A stretch of DNA of 63,089 nt, filler included, from Polymyxa betae A26-41 (lineage: Eukaryota; Protista; Endomyxa: Phytomyxea): assembly GCA_003693705.1 (NCBI GenBank). It is 5 parts of 5 records of this genome, joined end to end, with 100 filler letters (N's around TTAATTAATTAA, not from the genome) between each part and the next. Parts side by side here need not be neighbours in the genome. Positions count along the whole stretch, not along the records: positions 44,619 to 56,391 come from RBZT01000431.1; positions 56,492 to 63,089 come from RBZT01000945.1; 3 more parts are not named here. One strand, 5' to 3'. Position 1 is the first letter of the stretch; each line of letters opens with the position of its first letter. Position numbers and translations under genes: made by a program. The notes beneath the pieces are model-generated. The model made no database searches, had not been told where the DNA came from, and saw nothing but the letters and a program-made list of their open reading frames with translations. Positions 47,230-60,567 of the stretch are shown here, one piece after another.

Positions 47230-49800
47230 GTTAGAAAGTGCATTCGGGAACGCAAACCAAGCAGCTGCGAGAGAATAGAATAATAAAAGGGTGGAATGAA
47301 ATTACCGGTCGGGGTCCCTTTGCCAAAAGTACAGCCAGGCGAAATTCGTTCCAAATCTGAAGGAACGGTTTGGCTTCAACCGCCGAGTGCAATGGCTCAA
47401 TAAAATTCAAAGAGATGCTTTTTGCAAGGCTGAAATCTCTAATGGCTTCGGAAGCTCGAGCTAAAATTACAACCGATGTTATATGCCATGACCGCGTCAC
47501 TGTTACTAAGTTTAGCATATAAATATCCAAACAAGAGTTTCAAGAAATTTTTAACGGAGAACGACGATTAAACAAAAAGAATTCACCTTACAAACATGAG
47601 AAAAAAAAACAGATTCGAGTAAACTTGCCTGTTATTGGAGTTTGCAAGATGTCATAAGTCATAAGCGTTTTTATAAATGCCACAAGCTTGGGGTCCAATA
47701 CAACACCACTTTCGCCAGCAAGATGCCGTTTAATAGCGGGATTGATGGCGTTCCAGGTGATGGCAATTGCAGAAGGCACGATCCATTGCTTGCTAAGCGA
47801 CTTGCCTACCGACAAAGCATTCGAACACGCATCGACAACCGGATGAGCCCAGGAAGCTGCTAACACATAGGAATTACTCTCTGAGGTCGAATCGACTTTA
47901 GTTGCGCGAGCCGCTCGAATGGCTATCGAGCGGGACGAGCGTCGCGAAGAGTTCTGACAACGCCACGAACAATTATGGCGCTGTTGATGGCTTTACTGAA
48001 GAGAGAATAGGGCATCAATTCTAATAATAGCATTCTGTTTATCAATTTTAGGAATTTAGATAAGGTCTTCCAGAGGCTTTGCTAGCGCTGGGCTGTCTTT
48101 GTTCTGGGATATTAAGATATTGACTTTTGCGAAGTTTCGCTTTGCATTGTAGAACTAGAGCTTCCAGTTGTGAAGTAGAATAAGACAGTATATGAGTCGG
48201 CGCATTGCATGACAAAGATCAGTGAGCTGGTTTGCTAGACACAATTCCATAATATCTGACCAAATGAAGATCCTATACAAATTCAGCCAAATCCAGTTAT
48301 AGTCAAACAAAGGCCGGTAGATAAAGAGCATCGCCTTTCATGGCCAAGTTCTTACCTTAACTCAACCGCAGCGCTTTCGGTAGCTTGCGGGGAATGAAGA
48401 AGCTTCCTCATGGCGCGAGCTAGAACCTTTCGCTGGATGACAAGATCCTTAATTTCTGTGCTGCGCTGGGCCAGAATAAGTGCTAGGAAGTCTTCCTTTG
48501 GTGTGGATGGTTGTGGCGTCCCGGCGATGAGTTTCTTTTGAAGCATTCTAATGTACCTACTTATCCGCATTAGCAGAGAGTAATGATGTAACCGAAGAAC
48601 CCCAAAATGTGAAATTACTTATCGTAAGGCTTTAACAGATCTTCGACGTTTGGCATCGATCGCGATGCAGGGTCTAGCAGCTCCAACGGGATGGTATAGT
48701 CGAGATCGGCAGAGGCGGCGATCTCAATACGACCTTTGTTGACAGACCCAGATTGCAGTTCACAAAGTGCTAGTTCATAATGAAACAATGGACGTAATTC
48801 CAAACATGGAAGATCTAAACGCTTCATCGTCTGGCAAAACGGATTTAGAAGAATTCAACTGCAGGGTGTGAATGACAGTTCAAGAGCCATTCCTTAGGAG
48901 TCTGATCGAAAGCGTCTAGGATGGTTTGTAGCGAAGGCGCTGCATAATTCCATTTGCCTGGCCGTAGTAATCCACGAATAATGCTGTAATAAACAACAGA
49001 GCAGTTATAGATCAGAAATGAGCACCTAAAGAAGAAATAAACGAGGAGAATACCCACTATAGCTCTGAAAAAGAAAAAGATAGAAATCCTATGAATGGAA
49101 ATAGAACAACGCAAATGAACTAACAAAGATCTAAAACTTATAAACGATACTACCATCTTCTGCTGTTGGGCGATACTGAGCGCTTTCAAAAACGGGTTTG
49201 ATTGCATTATTGGTACTGTCTAAAAAAACCTGATAATCTCATGAGACATGATTTACAGTTATGTTTTCAAATACTTGTCGTCTCAGGCCTCTGGTATGGC
49301 GATTTGCGATTGACGCTTGAGTAGGAAAAGCTCGACATAAGAACTGGTCAGGGCGAGGGTCGTACACATGAAACATGTTTAGACAATCTTCAGCTTCGCT
49401 TATCAAGTTCACCTATAACAATTTAAACTAAACAGGAAGAACAGTACCGAAACAGTATTGCAAAACGCGAGCTAGCAATGTGAACATTGTTTCGGATTTT
49501 CGGTTTGCAGCGTGTAAATGGAAGTTAAAGCACCCAGTTGGGGATACGCAACGAAATGTCGTTCAAAACGGACAGCATGAGGAAATAGCCAATTTTACTT
49601 GAACACCAGTCTCAGCAGCGATGATCAGCAAGGATGGCGAAGGTGGCGCTCCTTCTTGATATGTCTCGCGCCACTTGATGATCTGATCAACAACGACATT
49701 TCGTATTGCATTGATATCACGAGAGATTCGAGTCCTGCTGTAGCTGGAGTCGAATTCTGGCCTCCATAATGTACAATGGCTATCGTCATGGTCCGATTGT
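47230..49800 (-). pseudogene. Multi-exon host-gene relic, CFAP46/FAP46-like
   Basis: ELRPLFHYELALCE...LDY and GKSLSKQWIVPSAIAITWN recall CFAP46 segments. Intron-like breaks are present. Weak, from memory. Confidence 0.4.
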
Positions 49801-52800
49801 CACAGAATCGATAAGTAGGTATCCAAACAAAGAAAAATTGAATCTAAAATAGAGTCAGAACACCAGTGAACATGATTGCAAATGTTATTCCAACTTATAT
49901 ATATCAGATTCGACAATGCCAAATTTGGTTGCTTCCTATAAGGAAGCCGTTAAAAGTCTTCCCCATCAGAAGGACCTTTCATAAAATCCGTCAGCACCAG
50001 TTAACCTTGTAAAGAATGTCTTGAAACCAGATCGGCGATATGGAAGCGACCATACACATGTACAAGACCATTCTCGGGACGAAAACTGTTTCTTGCTGAT
50101 AAACTATGGCGTCAAATGTCGCTCTGGCGACGTGCTCAGATGTTAATCATGGCAGAAGCCATTTCATTTTTTATCGGCTGTTGCGAATAGCTCGGTATCA
50201 ACAATGTATGGATGAATAATAGTTGTATGAATAAAAGTCGAAAATCCATCTCGAATTAGTTCTTATGACAGCTAGCAATTGACAAAACGACGCAGATCCC
50301 AAACCTGATCGGAAACTGTTATGCATTGCAAGAAGTGCTGCCTTCGTTCCACAGTAATCGCTGGCGCTCGAACCAGCCTCATATGCCACAACTGACGAGA
50401 AAGGCGGCGATGATGACGATCACAGAAAGCACCAACAGATGCCGACTGAGAGATGCCAAAGAAGCCTAGGTTAGGTGATAGCCACACGGCGCCAGTTTAC
50501 AAGCCGGAGGTGGCTGCATGGTTCTTCGTCAGCCTGCTGCTGTTCACGATTGGGACGATAGTCAGACCAGGGAGCACAGATAGACCGCCCTAACAGACGA
50601 CGTTGAGGTCGACGATCGTTGTAACAATAGTCTCTCTCTATGATACAATAATACGTGTAATACTGTATGTACGCAAATAAAACTGCGACATTTTTTATCA
50701 CTGCAAATTCGGTAATAGTTTTTTTTCTGCAATAGCATTGCAATCTTGGTTATCAATGTATGATTTGGATTAGCGGCTATGAGCCATATCGATAGCGCTC
50801 GGCCTGGATTAGGTTGGCCAAGACTACTAACGTGGCCAGCCCCGTGTTGTTGGAGGGAATTCGGCCAAAGGACCGTCTGGAATTCATGCTATCGCTTCTG
50901 ATGACGATCTCGAGTCTTTCTTTCAAGATTCCATCACATTTGGACGTGATCGATCCAATGAAGAGTTTATGAGAACTTTAATGAAACAGGTTTGTGATAG
51001 ACATAACATTCATCTTTCTTTACCGAAACGTTTCAGTCAAATATCGATCAACATATTGCTGGCTATGTTTAAAACATTCATGTGATTCATTGTTTGCTAT
51101 TATAGTCGGAATCAGCCATCAAGTTTCTCACAATATCCAACTTGGTTTCGGCACAACCAACACTGGCTTCGATTTGTTGACGAACTTTGTACACGAGATG
51201 TCGTATCATCTGCTGTATTTGATCAGTCTAATTCACACGCCTTCCTGATTCTTGACTGCAGAAACTTTCGGATTGGGAACACTGCAGTTCTACATGAAAC
51301 GCGGACTCGTCGCTGAATGCTTTTGTCTAGATCAGATTTCTGAAATTATTTTCAAGAATGGCGATCCATCAGCTAACATTTAACAGATACTATCACTGAA
51401 TATTGTGCAGCAGGCCAGGCTCCAAACATGATGGCGTCTGGCAGATTACAGTTGTAGCATTAACGTAGATCTGACATCGGTTACTATTCACTTTTCGTTC
51501 AAGTATTCCTATAGCTCAGAATTGGGCGATCCCCAAACCAATTCGATAACGGATTCGAATAAAGTCGTGATTCTTTCCAAAATCGTTTATTATCATCCAA
51601 AACAAGCATTGCTGCTATTCGGGAGGCGATCCGATCATCCATCGCTATAGTCGTTGCCCGCATCAATTTATTTCTCCAGAGAACCTCCAGTTTAATCTGA
51701 TACTCTTACAACTATCGGCATCCTCGATGTCTTCGTATGTTTATCATTTTGATATTTTTTTGAATTCGATGACTGGTTGAATTCGACTTTCTTGCTTAGA
51801 AGGCTCTTGGTGACTGTGATTCTGTTAATTTGTCTCTCGTAAAACTGATTGGTTCTTAGATCGGATGACTTATAGGGATTCGAGCAATTTGATGATCGTA
51901 ACGGATTCGAGAAGATATGCATTAATTACTGCAACAAATGCCTTCAGTCTATGTTTATTGAATTAGTATTGAGTGTAATTGAACAGCAATCATATTCTGT
52001 TGAGTGTATTGAATGGAATGTCAGTTTGTTGCCTGATTGTACACCGACGTTGACTGTTAAATGAAACCATCCGCAAACAGCTTGACGACGAATGCTTAAT
52101 CCCTCAAGGTTCCGCTTCCCATTTATTCACCACAATCTCACAGGTTTGGAGGCATAATCGCATCTGAAATCTTGGTGAACTTAGTAGTATCAGATATCAA
52201 GCTGGGTTTTCACCGATGATAATCGGCTCTCTCCATTACATTTCACCATCTCGCATTACGCCGTTCAGGTCCAGTACGACTCGTCTGAGTTTATTACCTT
52301 ATGTCTATTAAACAACATTTCATACATCATCATCTCAATGCAATTGTATGATTTTATTAAACGATTATTGACCGCATTAGCGACTATATGAATGAGATGC
52401 TTGATACAGCTACATCATAATATCATCAATAACTCCCTAGATTTCAGCCTTCGTACTCTATTGTTCCCAAAAATTGCTGTAGGAGAGGGCAGCCCGTCAT
52501 CGTTGCGTTTCACTCTCTATCCGGGCGATGTCGCCGCTGCCGCTAGACGAATCGGCCATCCGAGACGAACCAGGAGCCAGGCTGTCAGTGTTCTGCAGAC
52601 ATGAATGAATTTAGGGTTTGGCTTTCACTGTGTCCTTGGACATGCAGAGCAACCTTTCTCCAAGTGATCACAGCAGACAAAGGGGTCGCTGTTCAGAGCA
52701 GCCTCATGTCCATGGGCGACGTTCTCCTCGAGAAAGCCTCGCTTGTCATTGCCATCTCGAGTGGCTAACGCCAGCGACGTCCCCTGGTTGCGTTATCGTC

Positions 52801-52979
52801 AACGGTCAGCAGCGTGGTTGCGATCCAGACGACAGTTTGGAGACGGTTACGAGCTCGGGTTTTAGTGTGAAACAGTCGCATACAGGCCCGTTCTCCTTCA
52901 GCAATCTCTGCTGCGTATCACGAATGGTAAAGCGGATTTAAAATGCATTCATGGATAAGCACTGATTTCACTGCAGGAA

Positions 52980-53612
52980 TTGAAGCTGATAGTTTTCGAG
53001 CTGTTTAACACTGCTATTTCGAGATCGCTTTATCATCCGGGCGACATGCAACGAACACTTGCCACTGATTTCAAGCATGGAAAGATCATCGCCGTCGGTG
53101 CTGAGTTGAGACTCAGTTTTTGTCAAAGACTCGCGCGACTTTTTTCCAGGAAGACTATTGAATTTACTCGTGTTTGGATAACAAGGATCGCCAGCTTTAT
53201 ATCGGATGATCTGAAGCAGAAGGCCATCGACGATGCTATCCAAATTGAGAAAAAAGACACCAGAGGTGCCATTATATCGGTCGTAAACGCCCGAAATTGC
53301 AGTTTGTTGGAATCTTTCATCCTGCAATGCTTCAACTCCTTGAACAAACAGATTCCTGGCATCGCAGTTGTTATAATGGTTGATGAGCAATGTTTCAAGA
53401 TCTGCTATGGCGATGACATGGAAACCGCCAAGAACAACATGACCAGGAAGGTGATCGCCAAGAACAGCGTCGGCGTTAAGGATCCGAGTTCGTTCGACAT
53501 CATAACTTTTGACACAGCACCTCACACGTCCGAGCTCAAGATCGCCTACAAATTACTCTATGGAAGAATCAAGGCTGCCGGTCGCTTCCAACTGAGACAT
53601 CCTGCTGGCTGA
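52980..53612 (+). CDS. Hypothetical protein or terminal exon with an alpha/beta pattern
   Basis: 210-aa open frame after a CTGCAG acceptor-like site; AATAAA follows the stop. Confidence 0.4.
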   Translation: MKLIVFELFNTAISRSLYHPGDMQRTLATDFKHGKIIAVGAELRLSFCQRLARLFSRKTIEFTRVWITRIASFISDDLKQKAIDDAIQIEKKDTRGAIISVVNARNCSLLESFILQCFNSLNKQIPGIAVVIMVDEQCFKICYGDDMETAKNNMTRKVIAKNSVGVKDPSSFDIITFDTAPHTSELKIAYKLLYGRIKAAGRFQLRHPAG

Positions 53613-54479
53613 ATCACAATAAAATTGTCATTTTTTTATGTACTTAGACTTTAATTGGAACTTTTTTTCAATAATGAATTCTACAAAATCGATTTTGCGA
53701 AGCCTTTCTCGGAACGCACCAGCAGGAGCTCGCGCTCCTTTTTTACTCTTGATGAGCTCTTTCTCCTCATCGAATGGCGACCAAACTCTCATCGGAAATA
53801 AGAGAGAAAGGGATCGTTTCAGCTACCCGTTTAACGATTCATGGACAGGCTGTGCCCAAGGACTGTATCGTAGTAATTGTCAACCGGATTGAACCCGGTG
53901 CCAGTCTGGGACAAGATTGTTTCGGCGAGCCTTTCGTTCCTGGCTCATATTTCCTTGCCAAAATGGAAAATACTCGTCCAATCTAAAAATAAAAAGTTAT
54001 TTTGGCTATCAACACGTATCTCTCTTGAGGAAACGACGAATTTGCTAGGGAGTTTGATTCAAACGTGATTAAATCCGCAGTTTCTTTATTAAGGCTCTCA
54101 GAAAGACGTTGGCACCTTGATACGACCCTCAACACTCAGTTTGGCTAAGACCCTGGACCCTGCCAATACTCCCCAGGGCCTTATTAGAAACTTTTACTGT
54201 AACTAAGTTTTGGAATGCTGAAGGAAGTTCGGAATGCGCCTGTGACATGGTTTCAGGTCCTAAACCTCATCAAGATACAAACAGGCAACTGGAGAGTGAT
54301 TGATTTTGCCGATGAGGTTGGCGACAATCTCGCGATAGTCGAGATGATGGCGATCTGCTCGCATTCTCTCTCATAGGCGACCTACTCCAGTTTTTCGCTG
54401 TGACTCTGGCAGAACAATCCCGTCGCTGCAGCTCTCATCCAGCTGGTAATATTCGCTTATTGTCAGCGAGCGAAGAATG

Positions 54480-54992
54480 TCAGTGCGATTGCCGCCTTTG
54501 ATAACGAACATGATTTCCGTGAATACAAACTCTGATCGATCGATCGGCAAGCTGCGGATAATGAAGGCGACAGAATCTGTCGAAATCCACGATATTGTTG
54601 ACTTTATATAGCTTGCGAAAGGGCTTTACAATATCATAGTTGTTTTCGCGGTCTTCACGAATTCGCTTCCTCGAATAACCCTTGTCATGGAACAGCCGTT
54701 TTGATGGCTCATATTGACGATCAAGCCGATGCAGGAGCTCAAGAAGAGTTAGGAACGTACAGCCGGTATGTTCTGGTGTTTGTTGCTGTTCGTCGAGTGT
54801 GGCATGGAACGTGTCGACCAGGGCTGTGAAGTCGAATTTCTTGTTTAAGCTGTCGCTTAAGCTAACAAAAAGGTGGGGGCAGCACGCCTTATATCTTTTA
54901 AAGATCCGCTGTGCCTGAAATTGCATTACAAAGGAAATAATCTGCATAAACAGAAAACGGCTAATGTAATAATGGTCTATAATAATAATCAT
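54480..54992 (-). CDS. Hypothetical protein
   Basis: 170-aa ORF with no recognised motif. Confidence 0.3.
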   Translation of the reverse strand: MIIIIDHYYISRFLFMQIISFVMQFQAQRIFKRYKACCPHLFVSLSDSLNKKFDFTALVDTFHATLDEQQQTPEHTGCTFLTLLELLHRLDRQYEPSKRLFHDKGYSRKRIREDRENNYDIVKPFRKLYKVNNIVDFDRFCRLHYPQLADRSIRVCIHGNHVRYQRRQSH

Positions 54993-55167
54993 TGTTATCC
55001 TACCTATAAGTGAAATATTTTAAAGAAAATATTACAAATGGAAAGCAAGATATTAATGATGTTGTAAATCCATTGAGTAGCTTCGCGCGTGTCTTAAACC
55101 CACAATTTGGTCAAACGAATCCAATTGAAAAATGACGTGATCGCTACCATACTGAACTCACAATGCG

Positions 55168-56324
55168 CGGTTTCCTCTTTTAAGCTCGCGAGCTTGCAAA
55201 CTCGCGCAGCCCCCTCCGCGCACTTCCAGGCTCGCGCACTTCCAAGCTCGTCTACATTCGGTTTATCTCATCAAAATAAGATCATACAATAGAGTTGCAA
55301 AAGGTTCCATCTAAAACCGTAAAGTCTCCGTACTGCCGAGCGTATGCAGCCATTGACGATGTCTGTATAAGAACAACCTATATCTCCATGGATTCATCAA
55401 AGGAAATGTCGAAGACTCCAGATTCTTCCTCAATATCTGCTTACCTTTCTGCATGAAAGAATTGACTTCTTTGTCAGTACCGAAAGCCTTTTGTTTTGCT
55501 TTGGATTTCAATCGATAGAGTAGGCCAACATCGAAAGCAACGTTGGTCCACATATTTCGAAAATTTCGATAGTTATAAAAGTCGCAAAATCAAGAATAGA
55601 AGATTTCTGGTCAGCGCTTAATTCAGAATCGCGGGTCTTAAATAAGATGTCATCGATAACAACCGCTGTTGAAGAATGGCTGTATATTAAATTTAGACCA
55701 TTTGCTTTGGAATAATGATCTCAACTAACAAAATCGAATGTAAAAGAAACGTTAAATGTGAATTCTTCCTTTCCAGATAGACTATAAAAGCGACCGCGTT
55801 TTACTACATCGTCTCTATCGAATAGCTGCTGTGATCTTTCACCATCTATCTTATGGCCTGTTCGTGCAATCGAGAATCCGTTTTCACCTGCTATGTACTG
55901 CATGGGAGCATACCAGTGTCAAAGGATGAAAATAGTCGAAGTGAAATATCGATATCGACAGAACAATTCGTTGATTTGTCCAAATTTTCATGTACAGCCG
56001 ATTCTTCGATTTGCAGGCCGCAAACATTCGTCGTCGCAGACGAAGCACAATCAACCTCATTCAGAGGAGATAGCCCGAATGGCACAGACTTGGTTGCAGC
56101 CGTAGATATTGATTCTATAGGAGGAAATGGACCTGTCGGACGCTCTGGGATGGGACCGGCCCAATTCTGTCCTCCATCATAATTTTCGTATCAATAAGAA
56201 GGAGAGAAGAAATTGTATTGCTGATATCAACCGAATGTAGACGAGCCTGGAAGTGCGCGAGTCTGGAAGTGCGCGGACAGGGCCGCGCGAGTTTGCAAGC
56301 TCGCGAGCTTTAAAGAGGAAACCG
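55168..56324 (-). mobile_element. Non-autonomous Mutator-like element (1.16 kb)
   Basis: ~95-bp imperfect TIRs (CGGTTTCCTC...TCTACATTCGGTT / AACCGAATGTAGA...GAGGAAACCG). 9-bp TSD CACAATGCG at 55159-55167 and 56325-56333. Internal YIAGENGFSIAR...RGRFY resembles a FAR1/MULE N-terminus. Confidence 0.88.
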
Positions 56325-56391
56325 CACAATGCGTGCGCTATTCCGTTTGAAACCTACGGTGGAACTTGTTGACAGTCATGGTAAAGACACC

Positions 56392-56491
56392 NNNNNNNNN
56401 NNNNNNNNNNNNNNNNNNNNNNNNNNNNNNNNNNNTTAATTAATTAANNNNNNNNNNNNNNNNNNNNNNNNNNNNNNNNNNNNNNNNNNNN
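56392..56491. other. Artificial contig linker
   Basis: N44-TTAATTAATTAA-N44. Confidence 0.99.
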
Positions 56492-56517
56492 AAGAGCCGT
56501 CTGCGACCGAATTACGG

Positions 56518-57770
56518 ATGAAATCTGTTACAAACTCGGAGCTGATCAAGTCCGCAGCCGACTTCGTGTGTCAAGATGATACACCCACGGACGCCGTCAC
56601 GGAACCCGCTCACGACGACGACCCTATAAAATCGGTTGAAGCTGCCTCTTCAGATGCATCATCCGATACGAAATCTCCACCTGGTATTGAGATCGCATCA
56701 ATTCCGGAATTGCGGACTATACAACAGGTATCGTTAGACAAGCTCATCCGAGTTCTACCTCTCATACTCCGTGACAGATTCAGGACGTCATGCTGGCCCA
56801 TCTGAAATCCATTCGAGGTATCTTTGGTGTTCAGTTCCCTTTTCAACACATGTTTGCTGTTGTAGGGGTTAGGGTTTTAGGGTTTCTTTTGACTTCGCAA
56901 TCTCACAGTCTCATGATCTCAATAGAACACTCCCCGGACCTGAAACTGGCCATCAAGTCCGCAATATCAAGCTTGCGGTCGCAATTTCGTCAATGTCAGA
57001 CCGTGACCGAGAAGAAGCAGCTGGCCGATGAAACGTTATCTGACATCATTGAAGCGTTTCTTCACTCTGACCTCGAACAACATATTGACCTCTGCACCAC
57101 TATCGATCTGGGCCATTTCCAGTACGACGACATCGCACAGTTACTGGCTGTGCAAGAAAGCGTAACGTTGGAGCTGATCTCCGAACGTCAGCAACAGATC
57201 TCCGCCCAATCGGGACCAGTATTCCTACCTGTGGATCAGAAATGGCTCCGGAAACGTTTCGAGCACGCCATTCTGGTGGCCGCGCAAAATGCCGAATCGA
57301 AATGTCGTCACGCTTTCGCAACGATCCAGGGCCGTATTCGGCAGCATTACGGCGTACTGCCCCATGGTGACTGCTGCGCTTGCTGTTTCGAAGGATTCGG
57401 TCGTCTGACTGGTTTGTAGGGGACGCTGAGATGCATTTATATGAGGCTGATTCGGATGTTAATGTTACACTACAGCAGTCAACCTCGGTCTCCGACACGG
57501 ACTGCTCCGCGACAAAGCGCCGAGAGCGGGACCTTCTCCGATTGATGCGACTCCTGACTCCGTCGAGGTACCTTCCTCATCATCCGGGACCCTTTCTACA
57601 ACGGTAACATAATCGCATTAATGTTACTGAAATTTCACCGTTACAAACAGCAACTCAGCAAGAGTCAGAAACGACGTCAACGAGCTGCAAAACAGCGCCA
57701 ACTCAATGACGTTACCGTGACGATGACTCTGCCTCAACGTTACCGACACGACAGCAGTGACAACACCGCT
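56518..57770 (+). CDS. Orphan spliced or decayed helical protein
   Basis: Consecutive plus-strand ORFs 56518-56805, 56790-57419 and 57380-57607, with intron-like breaks. Confidence 0.35.
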
Positions 57771-58562
57771 TGAGGTTGGTAACGTTGCAGACACGGGAGC
57801 TTCGACAGCATCGCAGCTGGATTCCGCATACTACAAAACTATCATCTGATAATATCCGCCTCAGTTTTTTGCAGAAAAGGGCCTCTTTTCTATAGCGGAT
57901 CTCGATGTCAAATATCGCGAGTTTATCTCTGATTCCTCTCTGAAATCACCTCTTTTGAGCAGCTGGTAAGTCCGCAGGGTTTAGGAAATTTTCTGTTTTT
58001 TTTTTTAGGAACTGTTCTTTTTTTTTCAGAAACTTTTCATTTTTTTAGATTTGTTTGGCGAAATCCATTCTTTATAGCTCAATTTTTTTCTTTTATGTAC
58101 TGGCCTTCTATAGTCTACCATCTCCAAGTTTTTGTTTTCTTAACGTTAGGGTTGCCATGTTACCTTAAAATTATTATTCCGTTAGGGTTAGGGTTCTAGC
58201 CATCTAGCTGTTCGATTCCATTTTCGCTTGTTACTTGTTCGGCATTGATGTTTGTACGCAGACGAATCTGGATCAAGCCGCCATTGACGCCTGCGTGACC
58301 CGAATGGATCTCCTAAGTAACATGACACGGCTGTGTAACTCCCATCTTCGCACTCACTCACTATCATGTTACAGAGTCCAATCCATTTCAGTATTCGTCC
58401 AGTCAATTCAAGGCACAGGGAGACTTTCGCGAGAACCTCCGCAATCACAGCCCAAACCAGATTGACTCCGTGGTTGAAAAGGTCGTTGGCTCCATGATCG
58501 CCTCAACCACGCAATATGTTCATGATCTGCTGCAAAACTACGCACAACAATCCACGTAGGCG

Positions 58563-59021
58563 TTGTTCATGGAATTCACGCACTATCTGACAGAGAAATC
58601 CGCGAGCCTCGACCATATGCGACCCGGCCTCTGGGCCGGACAAATCCTCGCTGTCGTCAATGAGATGGTCGTACTGCACCACGTCGGCGTCAGCCGCCTG
58701 GCCACGGAGATTTCGTTGCAGCTGAAAAATCAGACTCTGTCGCCTTTTCAGATTTCGGTGCGGACCGTTTTTCGGATGGGAAGGGCGCGGCATGAGCCGA
58801 AGAAGAGCGTCGTGGCCAAGTGCGTGCGCAAGTTGACGCCGCGTCCGGGTCGTCTACGGGATCTGTGGCTGGCGAAGTTCGGCGATCAGCTCGCTGCTCG
58901 GGTTCGCGTTCTGTTCATCCTGAGCCGGGTGATCCCGGTCGAGCTGGCCCAGCTGTTCACGCAACAGTCGAGCAAATTTCTCCACGAGCAGAATTCCTGT
59001 TTTTTGGTCGAACAGCAATAA
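58563..59021 (+). CDS. GC-rich orphan ORF or terminal exon
   Basis: 152-aa frame with GC-rich third positions and an AT-rich 3' flank. Confidence 0.4.
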   Translation: MFMEFTHYLTEKSASLDHMRPGLWAGQILAVVNEMVVLHHVGVSRLATEISLQLKNQTLSPFQISVRTVFRMGRARHEPKKSVVAKCVRKLTPRPGRLRDLWLAKFGDQLAARVRVLFILSRVIPVELAQLFTQQSSKFLHEQNSCFLVEQQ

Positions 59022-60567
59022 ACAACGCTCTCCTAATATATTCGTTTATCGCATAAAAGACTTCTGGCACTTTTGTAACATTATTTTTGGAAAAAAACTT
59101 TCGTACTTTTTTTCAGATTATTGTCACAGAGCATTCGATCTTGCAACGCAGCATGGTGTCTTGAGAGATTCTGGGTCGTACTGCCTCTCCCAGAAAACAC
59201 CCGTTTCCTGTCGGGCCCGTTCGTTGCCTACGATACATTTTGATTGAAAGTCAAAGTTGAATCGAGTTTCTACAGCTGGTCAGGAAACAGCGATTGATCG
59301 GCATCCCAAGTTCTGGGATCCGAGAGCTTCTCATGTGAATGAAAGTGGCAAGACAGATCTTTGCTTTAAAACGGCCCCTGCACAAGATCTCAGTCTCAAC
59401 TTGTGAAGATATTTCTTTGTCCGAAGTACACAGCGTCCTAGACCCTCTAACACAATCTGCATTGACCCCAATGACCAAAAAATGGTTTCTAGATTGGGAA
59501 CCAACGCCGCTGCAGAACACTTTGGGGCTTCTGAGAAACAAAGGTCCTGTTGCCATGTCATTAGAGACAGCTGATAATGGCAATATTCGATGAACTAAAT
59601 AACCTCATCTGCCTCTGTTTTGATTTCCTTTTTTAAAGACTTTTCAAATTGGAATTTTACAAAAAAAACTAAAGCGAAATTGAGTTACTTGAGAATAGTC
59701 AGATTAAATTTATTTGAGATTATTGGCCAAATACATGCAAACAGTACTCGTAATTTCGACGGTAATTGACAGCAGCAAAATCCAGACCAATTGTGCGTGA
59801 AAAATCTTCATAATTTAAAAGATGCCAGATGGAGGAGCCGTCATTGTACGACGCACGAGTTCCGGGGTTGCAGCGACGATTTCGGACGCGTTTCGGGAAC
59901 AGATTCTGGCGCACCGTTCGAAGCCGATCTAGACCCAGGATCTTGTGTACAAGGCGTCGCAGATTCCGAGGCTATGGCACGCGGGACGGGGGCTTGTACG
60001 ACGACCTCGCAGTCGACAGACCCGACTGTAGATTCTGCAACGATTCCGGGCGGGAGTGTCTCTCGGGTTCGTTCTGGTGATGTTGCCGCGGCAATCGGAG
60101 ATGGCGATAGGCAAACAGCATCGTCGATTTCAGATTCGACAGCGCAGGTCTCAGTTGGTTGTTCCCGCCTTTCGGCATTGAATTCTGATAGGAAAGTTAC
60201 AAGGCGAGCAGCAGCCGAAAAAAGGAAACTTAAAAGCTCAGGAAAGGCTTGAAGAAAATTGAAAAAATTATTATAAAGTATAAAGTGAGAAAGAATATAA
60301 AAAAAGATTGGTAAAAGGGAAAAGACAAAAAAAACTGGAAAGAAGTCGAGAGAAAACGGACCCGGTGTATGGAGGGCTTCAGGCGAATGTGATCGAGGTT
60401 TAGAAGTGACGCGAGAATTTGATGGACGGCCTGAAGTAAAATTTAGAGCAGTCGGTCTGATTGTGAAACTTAAACAATAGATTGCGAACAGCAAAATCCG
60501 AGACATTTTTCGGCAACCAGTTAGACAGTCGTGAAGAAAAAAAGAATCAAAAAAACGAGACACGAAA

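Noticed and set aside
50772-50885. Hairpin GGTTGGCCA-12nt-TGGCCAGCC with a faint 5S rRNA-like feel
   Set aside because: No box A/C or full 5S fold; a single hairpin is not enough evidence
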